DNA of 32,000 bases from an archaeon (lineage in GTDB: Archaea; Iainarchaeota; Iainarchaeia; Iainarchaeales; JANQMZ01), in the NCBI GenBank assembly GCA_028279805.1, contig JANQMZ010000007.1, positions 600,001 to 632,000 on the forward strand, written 5' to 3'. Shown here piece after piece: positions 6,369 to 14,138 of the stretch. The translations under genes and the position numbers were made by a program. Every line of letters starts with the position of its first letter. Within the stretch, counting starts at the first letter, position 1. Under the pieces are notes generated by a model, which saw only the letters and a program-made list of their open reading frames with translations, had not been told where the DNA came from and did not search any database.

Positions 6369-6959
6369 GTGTTCAGAATATTAAAAGGATATTTTATACA
6401 ATACAAATTTATTCTGCCTGAAACTGTTAAACACACATCCTACACTTATCAAAAGCTTTTTAGAGCGCTTTATGGTTACACCCAGGCTGTAAACAAATCA
6501 ACCGGAAAAAACTACAAATATCATAGAAAAGGCGTTCTTTCAAACATGCCTTATTTCAGGCCCGGGAAAAACTGCGTCATAATTCCGGAGGGCTCCTTAC
6601 AACCCTTAACTTCCTTTTTTAAAACAGGCAAAAATCCAACACACGTTTGGCATGTTAAAGGAGAATGGAAAGCAGTTTATTATATGAATGAAAAAAAAGT
6701 CGAATTAAAAGAAGCAGTTTCGGCTTTGGAAGGCCTTGTTGAAAGAACTTATACAGACACAACAAAAGCAAAAAAAAGGCTCTCCGAAGAGCTTGAAAGA
6801 GCTGCAAAAAACGAGGTTGATGAAAGCTATAAAAGCCATTTATTATCCCAAGCAAGAGAAATCTGTACACACCCCTGGTTTTCAGAATGTCATACGGCCT
6901 CAAAAAAACTTTCTAACTTCAAAGCAAATTATGATTCTTTAAAAAAACTAACTAACTGA
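6369..6959 (+). CDS. Hypothetical protein
   Basis: 196-aa ORF with a GTG start and no early in-frame ATG. No motif I can name. The 3' end overlaps the convergent gene by 12 nt. Confidence 0.45.
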   Translation: MFRILKGYFIQYKFILPETVKHTSYTYQKLFRALYGYTQAVNKSTGKNYKYHRKGVLSNMPYFRPGKNCVIIPEGSLQPLTSFFKTGKNPTHVWHVKGEWKAVYYMNEKKVELKEAVSALEGLVERTYTDTTKAKKRLSEELERAAKNEVDESYKSHLLSQAREICTHPWFSECHTASKKLSNFKANYDSLKKLTN

Positions 6960-7394
6960 AATTTGTCTTTCTCTTTCTTTTTTTGCCTTTTTTTTGTCTA
7001 TTTTAAACAAAAGCTCTTTTTTTCGCCATTTTCTTCTTCCACCGATGCTTCTGGTTTCAAACAAGTTAATATCAACAAGGGTTTTGATGTAAGGGTATAA
7101 ACTTCGTTTATTTTTGTATTCCCCTCCAAACAATTCCTCAATTCTTCTTCTGATCTCATGCATGTTAACCCATTCATCAAATCCGACAACCTCGGTTATG
7201 TGGTATGCCTGCGTGTTTTCATCAAAAGTTAAATAGTCCCACAAGCGGTATATTTCCAAATCTTCTTTTTCATCTTCTTTTTCTTCGATTTCCTCATAAA
7301 TATTTTTCTGTATGTCCTCTTCACCAAGTTTTTGAAATAAACCGGCCAGTCCTGCAAATATTTTTTTGATCATCATTACCATAATTACCGTCAT
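6948..7394 (-). CDS. Hypothetical winged-helix DNA-binding protein with acidic N-terminal region
   Basis: 148-aa ORF. WVNMHEIRRRIEELFGGEYKNKRSLYPYIKTLVDINLFETRSIGGRRKWR resembles a winged helix. The start is uncertain: in-frame ATGs at 7394, 7382, 7376 and 7373 all lie inside the ATTAC repeat array. Confidence 0.55.
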   Translation of the reverse strand: MTVIMVMMIKKIFAGLAGLFQKLGEEDIQKNIYEEIEEKEDEKEDLEIYRLWDYLTFDENTQAYHITEVVGFDEWVNMHEIRRRIEELFGGEYKNKRSLYPYIKTLVDINLFETRSIGGRRKWRKKELLFKIDKKKAKKERERQISVS

Positions 7395-7450
7395 TACTTA
7401 TAATCATTACTGTAATGATGAGTAATAACCGTAATTACTGGTAATTACCA
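7371..7450. promoter_or_regulatory. Phased ATTAC / GTAAT repeat array (candidate operator or iteron cluster)
   Basis: ATTAC at 7375, 7384, 7393, 7406. GTAAT at 7412, 7422, 7431, 7441. Includes two GTAATTAC palindromes and the perfect inverted repeat TCATTAC-T-GTAATGA centred at 7411. A TATA-like TTTTTTTTATAAATTTTT (minus strand, about 7462-7480) lies just upstream. Confidence 0.45.
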
Positions 7451-7625
7451 CAAAATCAGTAAAAATTTATAAAAAAAAGAGTATTATGCTGCACAATAAA
7501 GCTAAAAAAAATTATTTAAACACAAGTGAGCGTTGGCATAATTGGAAAAAAATGAAATTAAAAAAATTTAAGATAAAAAAGCAAGAAAAAATAAAAAAAG
7601 TGAGCGTTTTTTTTATGATAAAAAT

Positions 7626-7699
7626 AGCGAGGGAAGGATTTGAACCTCCGACCTTCGGGTTATGAGCCCGACGGGCACTCCCGGCTGCCCCACCTCGCT
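7626..7699 (-). tRNA. Initiator tRNA-Met (anticodon CAT)
   Basis: Cloverleaf read by hand: AGCGAGG-TG-GGGC..GCCC-G-TCGGG-CTCATAA-CCCGA-AGGTC-GGAGG-TTCAAAT-CCTTC-CCTCGCT-A. The A1:U72 pair and three G:C pairs closing the anticodon stem are archaeal initiator features. Confidence 0.9.
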
Positions 7700-7873
7700 A
7701 GAGTAATACTTCCTAAAACAACTTTAAAAAGGCGTTGTTTTTAGTCTTTTTTAATTTGAAAACCTTTAAAAAAACCCAATTTTAAGTTAACAAACCAGTT
7801 TAATCTTTTTTAACAAAAAAAAAGCTTTTTCAGTCTTTAAATTGGTTTTAGCGTTTTTTTTGTTTGTGTAGAA

Positions 7874-7892
7874 ATGTGTCCAACAATTTGTG
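7874..7892 (-). repeat. CACAAA-N4-TGGACA intergenic motif, copy 5 (minus strand: CACAAATTGTTGGACACAT)
   Basis: Lies 7 nt downstream of the tfe stop on the same strand. Its 16-nt core is identical to copy 1. Confidence 0.6.
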
Positions 7893-7899
7893 CAATTCT

Positions 7900-8433
7900 T
7901 TACTTTGCTTCTTTCAAATCTTTGATTAGTTTTTCAATTTTTTTTATTTGCTTGTCTTGTTCTTTCCTCATTTTTTCAGAATTAACGGGTTCTAATACTT
8001 TTCCACAGCTTGGGCATCTAAAATTGTATTCTGCAGCCACTTCAAAGGGAAGCGCTTCACAATTGGCTTCTCCGCACATAAAAAGGCTGTGCCCTTCCAC
8101 TTCATTTTTTCTTTTTTTCATGTTTCTAAGCATTTCTTCCTGTTCTTCCACCAATATTTCTACTATCCTGTTTCTGTTTATTTCCCAGGTATATGAATAC
8201 CATCCTGTTTTTTTGTTTCTGGTTTTTTGATAATTTGATATTCCCCTGTAATGCAGCCGGCTTAAAATGGTTCTGACTTGTGTTACTTTCAGTTTCATTT
8301 TTTCGGCAACCTGTTCATCATTAAATTTTTTCCCCAGTTTTTCCTGAACATTCATAAATTTTAGGGCGTGTTCTCCTGCCGTATTTTCAAGAAAATCTTT
8401 AACTATTTTGAAAGAAATTAGTTTTTTAGACAT
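7900..8433 (-). CDS. tfe: Transcription factor E, alpha subunit (TFE/TFIIE-alpha homolog)
   Basis: 177 aa. N-terminal winged helix (FNDEQVAEKMKLKVTQVRTILSRLHYRGI) followed by a zinc ribbon (C-x4-C...CPSCG). Confidence 0.8.
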   Translation of the reverse strand: MSKKLISFKIVKDFLENTAGEHALKFMNVQEKLGKKFNDEQVAEKMKLKVTQVRTILSRLHYRGISNYQKTRNKKTGWYSYTWEINRNRIVEILVEEQEEMLRNMKKRKNEVEGHSLFMCGEANCEALPFEVAAEYNFRCPSCGKVLEPVNSEKMRKEQDKQIKKIEKLIKDLKEAK

Positions 8434-8481
8434 TTAGATATAATTTTTTATTAAAAAGGAATAAAAACCCAGCAACCTTTT

Positions 8482-9009
8482 TCACTGTTTTTTAAATTTT
8501 TTTCCTTTTTTTGAGGGAATTATCTCTATTTTTCCTTTAAATTTTTGATTCAGCTCTTTTCCTTCAAGCAGCCGGTCTAAAAAAACACTTAAAGAAGATA
8601 TTTCGCTGTGTGGCTGGGTTCCTATTGAAACATTTATATCAGATTCATCATAAACGCTTTTTTCCACTTTTTGAGAACCTATGACCACAAGAATTTTCTC
8701 CTTTTTCTTCATTTTTTCAATTGTTTTGTTGAGCGGCAAACCATACATTGTCAAATGCACAATCAAATAACCATCTTTTTTCTTTTCTTTTATTGCTTTT
8801 TTCCAGCTTGATTCAAATTTTACCTTAAATTTTCCGCCCCAGCTGTCATTTATCTTGTTTACTTTTTTAATAATTTCAGGCTCTTCTTTGCCTGATAAAA
8901 TTATTTCTTTTGCACCAAAAGCTCTTGCCACCAAACAACAATGAGTTGTGACTCTAGTGTCTCTTGCAAGCCTGTGCCCGTATCTTAACACAGAAACATC
9001 AATATTCAT
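8482..9009 (-). CDS. trm56: tRNA (cytidine56-2'-O)-methyltransferase aTrm56 (SPOUT family)
   Basis: VLRYGHRLARDTRVTTHCCLVARAFGA...HLTMYG...IGTQPHSEISSLSVFLDRLLEG closely matches my memory of archaeal Trm56. Confidence 0.85.
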   Translation of the reverse strand: MNIDVSVLRYGHRLARDTRVTTHCCLVARAFGAKEIILSGKEEPEIIKKVNKINDSWGGKFKVKFESSWKKAIKEKKKDGYLIVHLTMYGLPLNKTIEKMKKKEKILVVIGSQKVEKSVYDESDINVSIGTQPHSEISSLSVFLDRLLEGKELNQKFKGKIEIIPSKKGKKFKKQ

Positions 9010-9070
9010 GAGTATTCTGTTTTAGAAACGTATTTAATACATTTTTGGCTAAACTTAGACTGGTAATTGT

Positions 9071-10351
9071 ATGCTTGAATTAAGCTTCATTCGAAATAAC
9101 TCGGATGAAATTAAAAACACTTTAAAAAAAAGACTTCAGAATGACAAATTAGAAATCTTGAATTCATTATTAAAAGAAGACAAAAAATGGCGTGAAAACC
9201 GTCAAAAAGCAGACAAATTAAGGCATAAAAGAAATGTTTTAACAGAACAAATAAACAGGCTTGTGAACAAGAAGCAGAATGCTGCAACCCAAATTTCAGA
9301 AGCAAAAAAATTAGCCCAGCAAATAAAAAATGCTGAAGAAACGGAAAAAAAGACAATCAAAAAAATAAAACCACATTTGCTGAATTTGCCGAACATTTTA
9401 CACAAATCAGTTCCCACAGGCAAATCAGAAAAAGACAATGTTCAATTAAAAAAATGGGGAGAACCTGTTAAAAAAAACAAAATCTCGCATCACGGAGAAT
9501 TTGCTGAAAAAAACAAATGGGCCAATTTTAAAACAGCTTCAAAAATTTCAGGAGCCGGATTTTATTTTCTTTCAAAAGAACTTGCTTTAATGGAGCACGC
9601 ATTAATAAGGCTGGCACTTGACCACCTGATTTCAAAAAATTTTTCCTTAGTCAACCCCCCTCTGATGATGCGTAAAAATTTCTATGAAGGAATTGTTGAC
9701 CTGGAAGCATTTGAGAACGTTATGTATAAAATAGAGGGCAGTGATTTGTTTTTAATTCCAACATCTGAACATCCTTTGGCTGCAATGCATTTTAATGAAA
9801 TCATAAATTCCAAAGAACTTCCTTTAAAATACGCCGGCTTTTCCCCTTGTTTCAGAAAAGAAATTGGAAAACATAGCATTGATGAACGCGGATTATTCAG
9901 AGTTCATCAGTTTTACAAAATTGAACAGTTTGTTTTTTGCTTGCCCCAGGATTCATGGAAAATGCATGAACAACTTTTACAAAACACGGAAGAATTAATT
10001 AAAAAATTAAAAATTCCTTACCGGGTTATGAATTTGTGTTCTGCTGATGTGGGAAATGTTGCTTCAAAAACATTTGATGTTGAAGCATGGTCTCCGAGAG
10101 AAAACAAATATATTGAAATTGCTTCAGTTTCCAATTGCACGGATTATCAGGCAAACGCATTAAAAATAAGATATCGTAAAGGGAAAGAAAAGGAAATCTT
10201 GCACACGCTTAATGCTACTGCCATTCCAACTTCAAGAACTTTAAGGTTGATTATTGAAAATTTTCAGACAGACAATCAAACAATAAGAGTTCCCAAAGCA
10301 TTACAGGAGCATATGAACGGTTTAAAAGAAATTCCTCTAAAAAAGAAATAA
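9071..10351 (+). CDS. serS: Seryl-tRNA synthetase (type 1)
   Basis: 426 aa. N-terminal coiled-coil arm. Class II motifs: FYFLSKELALMEHALI, LIPTSEHPLAAMH, FRKEIG...RGLFRVHQFYKIEQF, LNATAIPTSRTL. Confidence 0.95.
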   Translation: MLELSFIRNNSDEIKNTLKKRLQNDKLEILNSLLKEDKKWRENRQKADKLRHKRNVLTEQINRLVNKKQNAATQISEAKKLAQQIKNAEETEKKTIKKIKPHLLNLPNILHKSVPTGKSEKDNVQLKKWGEPVKKNKISHHGEFAEKNKWANFKTASKISGAGFYFLSKELALMEHALIRLALDHLISKNFSLVNPPLMMRKNFYEGIVDLEAFENVMYKIEGSDLFLIPTSEHPLAAMHFNEIINSKELPLKYAGFSPCFRKEIGKHSIDERGLFRVHQFYKIEQFVFCLPQDSWKMHEQLLQNTEELIKKLKIPYRVMNLCSADVGNVASKTFDVEAWSPRENKYIEIASVSNCTDYQANALKIRYRKGKEKEILHTLNATAIPTSRTLRLIIENFQTDNQTIRVPKALQEHMNGLKEIPLKKK

Positions 10352-10393
10352 TTTAAACATTAGCAAACCATTTTTATTATTAAAACCCTTTTT

Positions 10394-10467
10394 GGGCCCG
10401 TAGCTCAGCCTGGTAGAGCACTGGGCTTTTAACCCAGGTGTCGAGGGTTCGAATCCCTCCGGGCTCA
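10394..10467 (+). tRNA. tRNA-Lys (anticodon TTT)
   Basis: GGGCCCG-TA-GCTC..GAGC-A-CTGGG-CTTTTAA-CCCAG-GTGTC-GAGGG-TTCGAAT-CCCTC-CGGGCTC-A. No intron and no encoded CCA. Confidence 0.92.
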
Positions 10468-10500
10468 CCTAATTTAACAGCACAAAAAGGGAAGCCAATC

Positions 10501-10574
10501 GGGCCCATAGCTCAGCTCGGCAGAGCAGCAGGCTCTTAACCTGCGTGTCGTGGGTTCAAATCCCACTGGGCTCA
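10501..10574 (+). tRNA. tRNA-Lys (anticodon CTT)
   Basis: GGGCCCA-TA-GCTC..GAGC-A-GCAGG-CTCTTAA-CCTGC-GTGTC-GTGGG-TTCAAAT-CCCAC-TGGGCTC-A. Confidence 0.92.
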
Positions 10575-10616
10575 CTAAAAGATTTTATTAAGCCTTGCTA
10601 TCCTTTTTTTTAGAAC

Positions 10617-10690
10617 GGGAAGGTAGCTCAGCCTGGGAGAGCACATGGCTGAAGACCATGGTGTCGCGAGTTCAAATCTCGCCCTTCCCA
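10617..10690 (+). tRNA. tRNA-Phe (anticodon GAA)
   Basis: GGGAAGG-TA-GCTC..GAGC-A-CATGG-CTGAAGA-CCATG-GTGTC-GCGAG-TTCAAAT-CTCGC-CCTTCCC-A. Confidence 0.92.
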
Positions 10691-10741
10691 TAATCTAATT
10701 GAATATGTCCAGGACTAACCCGGCAAATAATAAAAAAATAG

Positions 10742-10758
10742 TGGGGCTTTCAACCCCA
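10742..10758 (-). terminator. Hairpin plus T-run terminator of the polybasic gene
   Basis: Minus strand reads TGGGG-TTGAAAG-CCCCA followed by CTATTTTTTT. Lies about 25 nt after the stop at 10784. Confidence 0.5.
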
Positions 10759-10783
10759 AAATTAAACACTGCTTAAAAGAAAA

Positions 10784-11266
10784 CTATTTTCTCCTTCTTC
10801 TTTTTCTAGGAGCTGCTTTTCTGCGTTTTCTTCTCTTTGGCGCAGCTTTCTTAGCTCTTCTTTTTCTTCTTTTAGGAGCCGCTTTTTTACGCCTTCGTTT
10901 TTTAGGAGCTGCTTTTTTTGCTGTTTTTCTTCTTCGTCTTTTCTTTGGAGCTGCTGCTTTTTTTCTTCGTCTTCTTTTTGGAGTTGCTTTAGCTTTTCTT
11001 CTTTTCCTTCGTTTAGGTGCTGCTGCCTTTTTTCTTCTCCGTCTCTTTGGAGCCGCTTTCTTTGCTGTTCTCCTTTTTCTGCGTGTTGTTTTTTTAGCTG
11101 CGGTTTTTCTTCTCCTTCTTTTTGGAGCTGCTTTTCTTGTTGTTTTTCTTTTTCTTCTTTTTGGTGCAGCCTTAGCTTTTCTTCTCCTTCTTTTAGGAGC
11201 CGCCTTTTTCACTGTTTTTCTGCGTCTTTTCTTTGGAGCAGCTTTTTTTCTCCTCCTTCTAGCCAT
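10784..11266 (-). CDS. Polybasic tandem-repeat protein, ~12 x A-A-P-K-R-R-R-R-K (protamine / histone-H1-tail-like)
   Basis: 160-aa ORF made almost only of R, K, A, P and T. Strong SD GAGGTGA lies about 9 nt before the ATG, with TATA-like TTAAATATAAG further upstream and a terminator hairpin downstream. The DNA shows an imperfect 36-45 nt periodicity. Confidence 0.7.
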   Translation of the reverse strand: MARRRRKKAAPKKRRRKTVKKAAPKRRRRKAKAAPKRRKRKTTRKAAPKRRRRKTAAKKTTRRKRRTAKKAAPKRRRRKKAAAPKRRKRRKAKATPKRRRRKKAAAPKKRRRRKTAKKAAPKKRRRKKAAPKRRKRRAKKAAPKRRKRRKAAPRKRRRRK

Positions 11267-11381
11267 AAGTTTTTTTTCACCTCGTAAAAAGTTGTATCAT
11301 TTAAGCAAAAACATAATTAAACTTATATTTAAAAGTAACTTTTATTTTTTTTTTAAAATTAATTATTTTTTTTTAAAACTT

Positions 11382-12128
11382 TTACAGGTTTTGATATTCT
11401 TCGTCTATTTTGTGAACAGTTATTCCTTTTTCATCTATTGTTAAAGGATGCAAATCTTCGGAATGTTTTGTTGAACGCATTTTTCTGATATGCAAAGTTC
11501 TGTTGCTTTGTGTTCCCGTGCTCATGTAATGCAATACTATTACTCCGTCAACAACATATTCTTCTATTCCGTATTTTCCATACTTGTTTTCTCCTTCCTG
11601 TGCTTCCGAAATAAGTAACGCGGTTGCTCCCGACCTGGCAAGCATATAACTAAGTTTTAAAACAGTGTTCCGTATGTCTGAATCATTTTCAAAATTGAAA
11701 CCCAGTGAGGGAATGGAGTCAAGAACAACTCTTTTGGCGCCCATTCTTTTTATTACTCTCATGATTTCCAGCAAAAGCTTGTCAACATCAAATCCTGTGC
11801 TTGGCAAGGAAAATTCTTCTTCTGAAGGCAGGCCCAGTTTTGTTACGCTTCCGTCAATTATCTGAAGCATGTTTTCTTCTTCCAACTTTTTTAAATCCCA
11901 GCCAAACCTTAAACAATCCTGTCTTATCAAATCAGGTCGTTCATCCAGTGTTACATATACTCCCGGTTCCCTGAATTCTTTTGCTCCTTTGTAAACATAT
12001 TCAACCCCAAAAATTGTTTTGCCTGTTCCGCAGCCTCCGCTAAGCAAAACAGAGCGGCCTTTGGGAAAGCCCCCCTCTATCAATCCGTCTAATCCTTTTA
12101 TTCCTGTTTTAACTCTTTCCATTGCCAC
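11382..12128 (-). CDS. KaiC-like / RecA-superfamily single-domain ATPase
   Basis: 248 aa. TGIKGLDGLIEGGFPKGRSVLLSGGCGTGKT (Walker A). Walker B-like VVLDSIPS. Typical of the archaeal KaiC/RadA-paralog family. Confidence 0.8.
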   Translation of the reverse strand: MAMERVKTGIKGLDGLIEGGFPKGRSVLLSGGCGTGKTIFGVEYVYKGAKEFREPGVYVTLDERPDLIRQDCLRFGWDLKKLEEENMLQIIDGSVTKLGLPSEEEFSLPSTGFDVDKLLLEIMRVIKRMGAKRVVLDSIPSLGFNFENDSDIRNTVLKLSYMLARSGATALLISEAQEGENKYGKYGIEEYVVDGVIVLHYMSTGTQSNRTLHIRKMRSTKHSEDLHPLTIDEKGITVHKIDEEYQNL

Positions 12129-12162
12129 ACCTAAAAGAACATTTTGTTATTAAAATATTTAT

Positions 12163-14049
12163 CTAAATTCTTAAAACTTCGTTCACACTATCCGTTTTTC
12201 TTAATTTTTCTAAAATTTTCTCAAGCTGCTGTGAATTTGATATTTCCAGATTAAATGTGCAAACAGCTGCATTATTTTTTGAAACTCTTGCTTCTGTGCT
12301 TATTATGGCCGCCTTGTTTTTTGCTATATTGTTAAGCAAATCTGTTAAAAGACCTGGCCTGTCGAAAGCATTTACCCTTAGTTTTGTAAAATACTGGTTT
12401 TTTTTGTTTCCCCAGCCTATTTCAATTTTGTTTTTTAAATTCAGTTTTTTTGTTTCTTCACAGTTTTTTCTATGAACAACAATTTTTCTCTTAGTTGTTT
12501 TGTATCCTGTTATTTGATCGCCGGGAAGAGGGTTGCAGCATTCTGCCAGTCTTACATTTTTATCCTGTGTTGTTTTAATTCCTTTTTTGTCTTTTTCCTT
12601 TTTTTTAATTCCGGAAAGCCTTAATCCCAGCTTTCTTCTTATTTTTGTTTTGGCTTTCGGGCTTTTTACAATTCCAAGCCACTGGCTTTTTGTGTTTGTT
12701 TTGTTTGATGTAAGTATTTCAACAGTGTCTCCGTTTTCAAGCCGGTGGTCAATGGGAACCCCTTTTTTGTTTACAATTGCTTTTTCATATTTGTGCCCTA
12801 TCTCCGTATGAACAGAGTAAGCAAAATCCAAAGGCACAGAACTCTCTGGCAAAACTACAAGCATTTTTTTGGGAGTGAATACAAATATTTCTTTTTTTCC
12901 GAAATCTATTCTCATGGATTTTAACAGTTTTTCAGAGTTTTGAAATTTTCTCTGCCATTCAAGAAGCTGTTTTGCCCAGGTTAGTTTTTTGTCAAAATAC
13001 CTGTCTTTTGCAAATTTTTTATAATGCCAGTGTGATGCCACTCCTTCCTCTGCATTTCTGTGCATTTCCCAGGTTCTTATCTGAACTTCCACAACACTCC
13101 CGTTTATCTGAACTGCGGTGTGCAGGCTTTGATACTTATTTGGTTTTGGGTGTGAAATGTAGTCGTCAAAATGTCCTGTTGAATCAAATCTGTGATGAAT
13201 TAATCCAAGAGCACGGTAACAGTCAACAACATTTTCACAAATTATTCTGATTCCAAGCAAATCATTAATTTCTTTCATTTTTTTATTGCTTTTTTTTATT
13301 TTTTTATAAATGCTTGCAAAACTTTTTGGCCGCCCTTCTATTCCCGCATCAATTTTGTTTTTTTCAAGAATTTTTTTCAAGTCTTTGATTATTTTTTTTA
13401 TTTTTCTTTCTCTTTCCGTTCTTTTTTCTTTAATGCTTTTTTTAATTTTATCATAAGCTTTGGGATTTAACGCTTTGAAAGACAAATCAGTCAAAAGCCA
13501 TTCAATTTCATACAATCCCAGCTTGTGAGCCATTGGAACATAAACATCAAGATATGCTTTTGCCAGTTTTCTTGTTTTTTTTATGGGAACCTGTTCCATG
13601 TTTCTCATGTTTTCCAGTGACGCGGCAAGATTTACAAGAACCGTTCTGACATCTTCAGAGACAGCCAACAAAATTCTTGAAAGTTCGTTTCCTGAAACAA
13701 TTCCGATGTTTTTTTTTTCAATCTCATTAAGTTTTTTGAGTTCCGCAACCAAACCGGACACTTCTTTTCCGAATTGTTTTCTGAGTTCAGGTTCAAGTTC
13801 CCGGTTTTCATCCAGAACATCATGCAATAATCCTGCACAAACAGTTTCAAGTTCAACTTTTTGTTCTGCCAAAAGATAGGCCGTGTTTAAAGAGTGTGTT
13901 ATGAACGGTTTTCCTGAAAGTCTTTTTTTGTTTTTATGAACTTCTGATGCAAAATCATATGCTTTTTTTAAAAGTTTTTTGTTAAAAGAACGATTGTTTC
14001 TTGCAACAGCTTTTTTAAGCTCAGAAAAACTTCTATCTCTGTATTTCAT
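12163..14049 (-). CDS. rel: Long bifunctional RelA/SpoT homolog (HD hydrolase + (p)ppGpp synthetase + TGS + Zn-finger/helical + ACT)
   Basis: 628 aa. HD domain GLLHDVLDE. Synthetase blocks GRPKSFASIYKKI, DLLGIRIICE, HPKPNKYQSLHTAV, EVQIRTWEMHRNAEEGVASHWHYK. TGS block IFVFTPKKMLVVLPESSVPLDFAYSVHTEIGH. Also CCNPLPGD...HRKNC, and ACT-like LRVNAFDRPGLLTDLLNNIA. Confidence 0.9.
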   Translation of the reverse strand: MKYRDRSFSELKKAVARNNRSFNKKLLKKAYDFASEVHKNKKRLSGKPFITHSLNTAYLLAEQKVELETVCAGLLHDVLDENRELEPELRKQFGKEVSGLVAELKKLNEIEKKNIGIVSGNELSRILLAVSEDVRTVLVNLAASLENMRNMEQVPIKKTRKLAKAYLDVYVPMAHKLGLYEIEWLLTDLSFKALNPKAYDKIKKSIKEKRTERERKIKKIIKDLKKILEKNKIDAGIEGRPKSFASIYKKIKKSNKKMKEINDLLGIRIICENVVDCYRALGLIHHRFDSTGHFDDYISHPKPNKYQSLHTAVQINGSVVEVQIRTWEMHRNAEEGVASHWHYKKFAKDRYFDKKLTWAKQLLEWQRKFQNSEKLLKSMRIDFGKKEIFVFTPKKMLVVLPESSVPLDFAYSVHTEIGHKYEKAIVNKKGVPIDHRLENGDTVEILTSNKTNTKSQWLGIVKSPKAKTKIRRKLGLRLSGIKKKEKDKKGIKTTQDKNVRLAECCNPLPGDQITGYKTTKRKIVVHRKNCEETKKLNLKNKIEIGWGNKKNQYFTKLRVNAFDRPGLLTDLLNNIAKNKAAIISTEARVSKNNAAVCTFNLEISNSQQLEKILEKLRKTDSVNEVLRI

Positions 14050-14138
14050 TTAAAAAAACACTATGCTGGAAAACTCTTTTAATAGCCTTTTTTCAGGTTA
14101 AGCAAGTTTTAAATTAGTTTAGAGCCTTTTTTATATTC

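Noticed and set aside
7414-7460. AATGATGAG resembling a C box of a C/D box sRNA
   Set aside because: No CUGA D or D' box lies at the right distance on that strand. On the opposite strand the CTGA and ATGATGA elements are in the wrong order. The sequence is better explained as part of the ATTAC/GTAAT array.
7524-7608. Duplicate AAGTGAGCGTT 11-mers (7524-7534 and 7598-7608), and a 37-codon ORF starting at 7553 that runs into the tRNA
   Set aside because: There are only two short copies in a poly-A-rich spacer. The ORF overlaps the initiator tRNA gene and is lysine-codon noise. There is not enough evidence for a feature.
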